Of a stretch of 57,041 nucleotides of DNA, positions 48,770-57,041 are shown in pieces. The notes below the pieces were generated by a model. That model did no database searches and was not told the DNA's origin. It saw only the letters and a program-made list of their open reading frames with translations. The first letter of the stretch is position 1. Every line of letters starts with the position of its first letter. The stretch lies in assembly GCF_004010195.1 (NCBI RefSeq), contig NC_057719.1, positions 3,486,679 to 3,543,719 of the forward strand, in the 5' to 3' direction. The stretch is from Chiloscyllium plagiosum (lineage: Eukaryota). The position numbers and the translations under genes were made by a program.

Positions 48770-49660
48770 GGGGAAGACGATGGCCTTGTGGTATTATTGC
48801 TGGATTATTAACCCAAAGAAATCTGGAGATCTGCGTTTGAATCCTGCCATGGCAGATAGTGGAATTTGAATTCAATTAAAAGAAATCTGAAACTAAGAGA
48901 CAATTGATGAAGGCACTGTCGATTGTCGAAAAAACCCATTGAGTTCACTAATGTCCTTTAGGGGGGGAAACTGCTATCCTTACCTAGCCTGGCCTACATG
49001 TGACTCCAGACCGACAGCAATGTGGTGACTCTCAACAGCCCTCTGAAATGGCCGTGCAAGCCATTCAGTTGTTTCAATCACTACAAAGTCTCAACAGACC
49101 ACCTGGCAAGGACCAAGGCACAGGAAAGGCCAATGGCTGAAACAGTCCTGTCAAACCTACACACTTCTCCTCACTAACATTGGAGAGTTTGTGCTAAAAT
49201 TGGGAGGACTGTCTCACAGACTCGTCAAGCAACAGTCTGACATAGTCATAACCACACAGGATCATACCTTACGGACAGTGTCCCAGACCCTGCCATCACC
49301 ATCCCTGGATATGTCCTGTCCCACCAGCAGAGGTGATGGTAGAGTGAGATAAGTTGGGAGGGAGGTGCCATTGGAGACTCTAACATTGACTCTGGGTCCT
49401 ATGATGTCTCATAGCTTCAGGTTAAACATGGGCAAGGAAACCTCCTGCTGGTTACCACGTACCGTCCTCCCTCAGATGATGAAACAGTACTCCTCCATTT
49501 TGAACAACACTTTGAGGAAGCGCTGAGGATGGCAAAGGCACAGAATGTACTGTGGGTGGGGGATTTCAATGCCCCCCCAACAAGAGTGGCTTGGCAGCAA
49601 TACTACAGATAAAGCTAGTCAGGCCCTAAAGGGCATAACTGCAAGACTGTGTCTGCCCCA
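48770..49660 (+). mobile_element. 5' part of a LINE: tRNA-like head, SINE-shared body and decayed APE endonuclease
   Basis: Head TGGCCTTGTGG...GTTTGAATCC. Translation gives RLVKQQSDIVI, TIPGYVLSH, TTYRPPS, VLWVGDFN. Confidence 0.75.
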
Positions 49661-49664
49661 GAAA

Positions 49665-50215
49665 GTCATAGAGTTCTAGAGATGTATAGCACGGAAACAG
49701 ATCCAGTCCCATTTGGCCCATATCCCTCCAAACCCTTCCTGTTCATATACCCAACCAGATGCCTTTTAAATATTGTGATACCAGCCACCACTACTTCCTC
49801 TGGCAGCTCATTCCATACATGTACCACCCTCTGCATGAAAAAGTTGCCCCTTAGGTCTCTTTTATATCTTTCCCCTCTCACCCTAAACCTATACCCTCTA
49901 GTTCTGGACCTTGCCTATTTACCATATCCATGCCCCTCATGATTTTATAAACCTCTATAAAGTTATCCCTCAGCCTCTGACATTCCAGGGAAAACAGCCC
50001 CAACCTATTCAGCCTCTCCCTATAGCTCAAATCCTCCAATCCTGGTTGAGGGCAAAACACTGAATGATTTTAAAGAAGGGTTCAATATAGTTCTTAATGT
50101 GAAACGGACCAAAGGGTATGGGGGAGAGAGTAGAAACAGGCGATGGAGTTGGATGACCAGCCATGATTGTATCGAATGGCAGAGCAGGTTTGAAGGGCTG
50201 AATGGCCTTCTCTTG
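49665..50215. mobile_element. CR1 3' fragments (49665-50045 -, 50050-50215 +)
   Basis: ORFs 49666..49881 and 49878..50060. Confidence 0.85.
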
Positions 50216-50606
50216 CAGTGAGTAGGACAGCCAAGTGTTGGAGTGGCACTATGTAAAAACCTCCATAACAGGATTTGAACTGAATTGATTTCAAACATCT
50301 TAATATAGCCCTTCCCTTGATCCTATTGTTTGATGTGATTGTGGCAGCACTGGCAGTGAAATCATTGGCATTGCGAATGCTTGGCATCACAGTGCTCCCT
50401 GGCAATGTGGTGTCAGCAAACAGCCTTGCTTCAGTAAACTAGCTGCATGATTAAATAGATGCAGCATTTCCATAACACAGCTACTAAAGGATGTTGTAGG
50501 AAAATATGTATGCAAATCTACAATGTTTGATGCAATGTGGGAAAAAAACAATTGCCTCAGGCAATAAGCGAAAATAATTTATCTTCAAGATAGGATTTGT
50601 TACATT

Positions 50607-51070
50607 TACACGCACGCACACACACAGACACACACACATGCACACACACACACACACGTACGCAGACACACACGCACGCACACAGACACACGCACACACA
50701 CACGCACACACACACGCACACACACACGCACACAGACACGCACACACACACGCACACACACACGCACACACACACGCACACACACACGCACACACACACG
50801 CACACACACACGCACACACACACGCACACACACACGCACACACACACGCACACACACACGCACACACACACGCACACACACACGCACACACACCATACAG
50901 ACACGCACAAATGCACACACAGACACACACACACATGCACAAATACACTTGGAACACACACAAACACACACATGAACACACACAAATACACACACAGACA
51001 CACACAAATAAATACACACAGATGCACACATACACACACAGACACACAAATAAATACACACACACACACG
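50607..51070. repeat. Compound CA microsatellite with a higher-order 12-bp unit (CACGCACACACA)n
   Basis: Direct inspection; regular at 50690-50892. Confidence 0.95.
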
Positions 51071-51486
51071 TGCTTGAGTGAGTGTTAACTTCCCTTTCCA
51101 TTGGCCATTAGCTCAATCACAGCCCCAGCTCCAAAAACAGCCCAACAGAAACCTGGGCAAGCTTCAGAAAGTAACATTTTAGCTTCCTTTTAACTCTGAA
51201 ACCTGAATGCTACTTCCATGCTGAGAGTTAGGTCTAACTGATACCCTTTCAACAGAGGTCTGATGAAAAGACCTGCCATTGATTCTCCAGCTGTCAGCAT
51301 TGTAACGTCAGTGACAAGAAACCAAGCAAACTGGGAGAATTCTTCAGGGTTTTTTTTGGTTACCCTTTGACTTCAAACCCTTAGCCCGAAAGGAAATGTT
51401 CCCCATTAAAACCCACATCATCACTGCCAAATTGTGTTGTCTTGTGCAATTGTGTGCATGTGTGTGTTTGGTCTTAAGAGAATATG

Positions 51487-51765
51487 GGTGGCATGGTGGC
51501 TCCGTGGTCAGCACCACTGCCTCACAGCACCAGGGACCTGGGTTCAATTCCAGCCTCAGGTGACTGTCTGTGTGGAGTTTGCACATTCTCCCCGTGTCTG
51601 CGTGGGTTTCCTCCCACAGTCCAAAGGTGTGTAGGTTAGCCATGGGACTTTCAGAGTTACAGGGACAGGGACAGGGTAAGGGGCTGGGTCTAGGTGAAAT
51701 GCCCACCAGAGGATTGGTGTATATTCGATGGGCCAAATGGGCTGCTCCCACACTGTAGGGATTCT
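51487..51765 (+). mobile_element. HE1/V-SINE-type SINE
   Basis: Head, core and tail. Confidence 0.85.
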
Positions 51766-51843
51766 CTGAATTAGCAGTCCCCAACAGTAGTGTAGTTAAA
51801 GTTGTAACGTATTGGTTTCTGTTAGACAATGGCTAACAAGGAA

Positions 51844-52061
51844 GGAGAAAGTGAGGTCTGCAGACGCTGGAGATCAAAGCTGAAACTTTATTGCTGGAAC
51901 AGCACAGCAGGTCAGGCAGCATCTAGGGAACAGAAGATTCGACGTTTCGGGCACATGCCCTTCTTCATTCCTGAAGAAGGGCATGTGCCCGAAACGTCGA
52001 ATCTTCTGTTCCCTAGATGCTGCCTGACCTGCTGTGCTGTTCCAGCAATAAAGTTTCAGCT
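51844..52061. mobile_element. Young fold-back PLE terminus (family A): 90-bp arms, 4-nt loop, TSD; intact hammerhead at 51967-52002
   Basis: Arms 51878-51967 and 51972-52061. GCTAACAAGGAAGG at 51832-51845 and 52059-52072. Confidence 0.9.
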
Positions 52062-52178
52062 AACAAGGAAGGTCAAAGGTTGAATTCGATAAAAGAATGG
52101 GCCTTGCAAAGTTGCAGAAAAATGTCAGCCTTAGGCTTGGGATCTTTTGGATTTCTGTAATGATGTCAGTCATACCAG

Positions 52179-53530
52179 TAACGTGGAAGTGCCAGTGTTG
52201 GACTGGGGTGGACAAAGTTAAAAATCACAGGTTATAGTCCAACAGGTTTATTTGGAATTATTAGCTCTCAGAGTGCTGCCCCTTCATCAGGTAGTTGTGG
52301 GGGTTAAGATCATGCTCACTGAATTTATAGCCAAAGGAGTGCAGTGTCATGGAGATATGATACATTAAACAATCTTAGATTAAAACTTTCATTTTTTACA
52401 ATGGGATATACAGGTTTCTGCGCTTTGATCTGTAAATCCCAGAATGTCTTTAAATAACATTCCCAAGATAGCTCCGCTTTTTAAACAGTAGGTGTGAAGT
52501 CTGTCTGTGTCCCAATGCTATGTCAGACTGACATACCCTCGGTATAGTTTTACAGGGTTTTACATGGATTCATGCAGTTTTTGAGCAAAATAAAATGTAA
52601 TTCAGCAAAAACAAATCCACCCCATAAGCTTTTAAAAGTGCGCGTGTAGGAACGGCAGATTGATTGTGCGTGTGAGTGTGTGCGTGTGCGTGTGAGTGTG
52701 AGCATGTGAGTGTGAGCATGTGAGTGTGTGCATGTGAGTGTGTGCGTGTGAGTGCATGTGATAAGAGTGTGCGTGTGTGTGTATATATATATATGTGTGT
52801 GTGTGTATAAGCTTGGTTAAGTATGTGTGTGAGTATGATGGGGTATGTGTGAGAGGGTGCATGTGTTGGTGTGAGTGTGGAAGATGCATGTGTGTGCATA
52901 TGAGAGACATCTTGTGTGTGGTGTGTGTGTGTGTGTGTCTATGTATGTGTGCATGTGTGTGTGTGTCAGACAGAGAGTGTCTGTGTGTGTCTGTGTGTGT
53001 GCAGTGGGTACTGAACTTAGCTATCAGCCTCTGCTGGGTCACTTTGCATTGTTGCTTGACCCAAAGTCCGCCTTGGAGGATGGTTATACAAAGGTCCGAG
53101 ATCGAATGTCCCGGACCGCTGAAGTGTTCTCCAACTAGGAGGGAACACTCCTGTCTGTGGATTGTTGTGCGGTGCCCATTCACCCGTTGTCGTAGCCTCT
53201 GCTCCATCTCACCGATGTGCCATGGCTCAGGGCATCCTTGCCTGCAGTGTATGAGATAGACAATGTAGGCCGAGTCACATGAGTACTCACTGCATACATG
53301 ATGGGTAGTGTCCACATGTGTAATGGCATTACCCGTGCCGATACTCTGACATGTCTTGCAGCAGCTGCTGTGGCAGGGTTGTATAGAGCTGTTGTGCCGA
53401 AGGCTGGGCAGTTTGCTACGAATCTGTTTAAGGTTTGGTGGCTTTTTAAAGATGAGAAGTTGAGGCTTGGGGAAGGTCTTGGCGAGGTGCTGATCCTCAT
53501 CGATAATGTGTTGCAGGCTGTGAAGAACAT
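52179..53530 (-). mobile_element. 5'-truncated Penelope-like (Neptune-like) retroelement with GIY-YIG endonuclease, family B terminus
   Basis: ORF 52632..53315: YIVYLIHC...HIGE...LRQRVNGHR...VGEHF. Upstream linker QPCHSSCCKTC. CA-rich UTR and terminus 52179-52300. Confidence 0.9.
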
Positions 53531-53569
53531 GGGGTGGCTATGTTCATATCAGCGTAATTCCTAAGTAGT

Positions 53570-55620
53570 TAGTCATAGAGTCCTACAGCACACAGACAGG
53601 CCCTTTGGCCCAAACTGGTCCATGCCGACCAAAATGTCCATCCATGCTAACCCCATTTCCCTGTACTTGGCCCATACCCTTCTAATCCTTTCCTATCCAT
53701 GTATTTATCCAAATGCCTTTTAAATGTTGTTAATGTACCCACCTCAACCACTTCCACTGGCAGCTCATTCCATATGCGTACCACCCTCTGTGTAAAAGAG
53801 TTGCCCCTCAGGTTCCCTTTCATTCTTTCCTCTCTAACCTTAAACTGATGCCCTCTCGTCCTCGATTCCCCAACCCTGGGGAAAAGGCTGAGTGCTTTCA
53901 CCCCATCCATATCTCTTATCATCTTATACACCTCTATAAGGTTCACCCCTCAATCTTCTACACTCTAAAGAAAAAGGTCCTAGCTTCTCCAACCTCTCGT
54001 TATAATGCAGATCCTGGATTCATCTTTGTAAATTTCTTCTGCACTCTTTCCAGTTTAATAACATCTTTCCTATTAGCAAGGCCAGTGTTCCAAAAGCCGC
54101 CTTCCCTGCCCTGTCAACCTGTGACTCCACTGTCAGAGACCCGTGCACCTGAACTCCAAGGTCCCTCTGTTCCACTATACTCCTTAAGGCCCTACCATTC
54201 ACCATGAGACTCCTACCTTGACTTGACTTTCCAAAATACAGCACTTCAAACTTATTCATATTAATCTCCTTTTGCTATTTCTCACCTCACTTTCCCAGGT
54301 CCTGCTGCAATTTCTAATAACCTTCCTCACTGTCTATAATATCTCCTATTTTAGTTTCCCGCCTTGTATATTCTTATCCAAATAATTGATATAGATAACA
54401 AACAGCAATGGGCCCAGTACCGACCCCCTGAGGCACTCCACCAGTAACAGGCCTCCAATCCGACAAGCATCCTCCCTCTATTACCCTCTGCTTGCTACCA
54501 ATTGTGTGTCCAATCTGACAGCTCCCCCTGGATTCCATGTGATTTAACCTTCCAGAGCAGCCTACCATGTGGAACNNNNNNNNNNNNNNNNNNNNNNNNN
54601 NNNNNNNNNNNNNNNNNNNNNNNNNNNNNNNNNNNNNNNNNNNNNNNNNNNNNNNNNNNNNNNNNNNNNNNNNNNNNNNNNNNNNNNNNNNNNNNNNNNN
54701 NNNNNNNNNNNNNNNNNNNNNNNNNNNNNNNNNNNNNNNNNNNNNNNNNNNNNNNNNNNNNNNNNNNNNNNNNNNNNNNNNNNNNNNNNNNNNNNNNNNN
54801 NNNNNNNNNNNNNNNNNNNNNNNNNNNNNNNNNNNNNNNNNNNNNNNNNNNNNNNNNNNNNNNNNNNNNCACGACACTCCTTAAGGCCCTACCATTCACC
54901 ATGAGACTCCTACCTTGACTTGACTTTCCAAAATACAGCACTTCAAACTTATCCATATTAATCTCCTTTTGCTATTTATCACCTCACTTTCTCAGCTGAT
55001 CTAGGTCCTGCTGCAATTTCTAATAACCTTCCTCACTGTCTATGATATCTCCTATTTTAGTGTCACGCCTTGTATATTCTTATCCAAATCATTGATATAG
55101 ATAACAAACAGCAATGGGCCCAGTACCGACCCCCTGAGGCACTCCACCAGTAACAGGCCTCCAATCCGACAAGCATCCTCCCTCTATTACCCTCTGCTTG
55201 CTACCAATTGTGTGTCCAATCTGACAGCTCCCCCTGGATTCCATGTGATTTAACCTTCCAGAGCAGCCTACCATGTGGAACGTCATCAAAGGCCTTACTG
55301 AGATCCACATAGACTACGTCTACCACCCTGCCCTCATCAACCTTCCTGGTCACTTCATCAAAAAACTGTGACAAATTTGTGAGGCAGGGTCTCCCACTCA
55401 CAAAGCTGTACTACCTGCTCCTAATCAAACCCTGTCTTTCCAAATGCACATGTATCTTATCTCTCATAATCTTCTCAATTAACCTACCTACCACAGATGT
55501 TAGGCTGGCTGGGCTATAGTTCCCAGGTTTCTCTTTGCCGCCCTTCTTGACAAAGGGCACCAACATCCGCCAGCCTCCAGTCTTACGGGAACTCACCCGT
55601 GGCTAACGATGATGCAAAAT
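53570..55620 (-). mobile_element. CR1 RT/3' region spanning an assembly gap
   Basis: ORFs 53647..53946, 55201..55401 (YVDLSKAFD) and 55411..55596. Confidence 0.9.
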
Positions 55621-55624
55621 TATC

Positions 55625-55810
55625 AGGCGAGAGTGAAGACTGCAGAGGTTGGAGGTCAGAGTTGAGAGTGTGTTGCTGGAAAAGCACAGCAGGTCAGGCA
55701 ACATCCAAGGAGCAGGAGAATCGATGTTTCGAGCATAAGCTCATCATCAGGATCCTGCTCCTGCTCCTCAGATGCTGCCTGACCTGCTGTGCTTTTGCAG
55801 CACCACATGT
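55625..55810. mobile_element. Degenerate fold-back PLE terminus (family A)
   Basis: Inverted arms, with an imperfect TGAT(G/A)CAAAA.TATCAG direct repeat on the flanks. Confidence 0.7.
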
Positions 55811-56084
55811 TTTGATACAAAAATATCAGCCAGGTAAAAAATATCAGCCAAGCCTTTCACTGGTAATAAACAATATCTTGTTGATGACTATATTTTCCAT
55901 TTCAATTAGGAAGTGGTTTTCCAAGATTATCCCATTGTTTTTGACATGTAAAAGCAATGACTCAGCAACATTACAACAGGTATATTAGTTAAAGATTATC
56001 TTTTGATCGGAGAGTCATACAGCATGTGAATAGACCCTTTTATCCAACTTTATCCATGCTGGTTATGTTTCCTAAACTTAACTA

Positions 56085-57041
56085 TTACCACCATTACATG
56101 TGGGACACCTCCCACCATGTATGTGGCAGGTACTCATGTGTCTCAGCCAACGTTGTCTATCTCATACACTGCAGGCAAGGGTGCCCTGAGCCCCGGGACA
56201 TTGGTGAGACGAAGCAGACGCTACAGCAACGGATGAATGGGCACCGCACAACAATCAACAGACAGGAGTGTTCCCTCCCGGTTGGGGAACATTTCTGCGG
56301 TCCGGGACATGTGATCGTGGACCTTCGGGTGACCGTCCTCCAAGGCAGACTTCGGGACAGGTAACAACGAAAAGTGGCCGAGCAGAGGCTGATAACCAAG
56401 TTCAGTACCCATGGGGATGGCCTCAACCGGGATCTTGGGTTCATCTCACACTACAGGTGACCCCACTACACAACACACACACACACACTCTCATGCAGAC
56501 TCTCTCTCTCGTATGCTCACACACGCGCCCTCTCACAGACTTATACTCCTTTACACTCACACTCACACACATACACACTCTCTCACAGACACTCATAACC
56601 CCTGCCCCCTCCCCCATACCCACTCCCCCACATACACCCACATGCACACATACACATATAAGTTTGTGGGGTGAATCTGTACTTGCAGAATTACATTTTA
56701 CTTTTCTCAAAAACTGCATGAATCCATGTGAGATTCTGTAAATCCGTTCTTTAAATTAGAATCAGTCTGACCAGTGTGGCACAGACAGTCTCACACAGAG
56801 AAGCTCACAACTTAAATGCATTATCTGGGCTGACATGACACCTATTGTTAAAGTTCCCTTGAGAATGTAACTTTTAAAAGTTCTGGGATTTACATATAAA
56901 AGAGCTGAAACCAACATGGTCATTGTAAAAGATGACAGGCTTAACGAATAATCTAGGTCTTTTTCAATATATAATTTCAGTTACATCACACCGTAAACTT
57001 TTGCTATAAATTCTGTGTCTTACGATCTCATACTCCACAAC
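56085..57041 (+). mobile_element. 5'-truncated Penelope-like element, GIY-YIG domain plus CA-rich 3'UTR (runs off window)
   Basis: NVVYLIHC...IGETKQTLQQRMNGHR...VGEHF...(stop)...GDGLNRDLGF. Homologous to 52179-53530. Confidence 0.9.

Noticed and set aside
50484..51101. Long CV/HT-repeat ORFs
   Set aside because: Translations of a CA microsatellite.
29820..51350. Candidate downstream exons (acceptors near 29820, 31036, 35935, 51256)
   Set aside because: Weak or absent donors and no recognisable protein motif, so they cannot be supported.

Overview
Repeat-dense vertebrate genomic DNA, very probably a shark or other elasmobranch (inferred from HE1/V-SINE-type and DeuSINE-type SINEs plus abundant CR1 LINEs). 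There are three assembly gaps: 9867-10257, 41197-41696 and 54576-54869. The host content is a + strand multi-exon gene that I cannot name. It has a large low-complexity first coding exon (ATG 5029 to donor 6391), then two copies of an 83/109/150-nt exon triplet, each encoding a linker plus a SAM (sterile alpha motif)-like domain, then a further exon at 25553. A candidate internal promoter with a 6-codon first exon at about 15130-15304 could splice in frame to the second SAM module. The rest is mostly CR1 fragments, one Rex1/Babar-type LINE, a tRNA-headed LINE with its short derivatives, SINEs and a 33-bp minisatellite. There are also many Penelope-like element (PLE) remnants, including GIY-YIG fragments and at least four families of fold-back (palindromic) termini, several bounded by target-site duplications, that carry minimal type-I hammerhead ribozyme cores. 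All calls were made by eye; no database searches were run.
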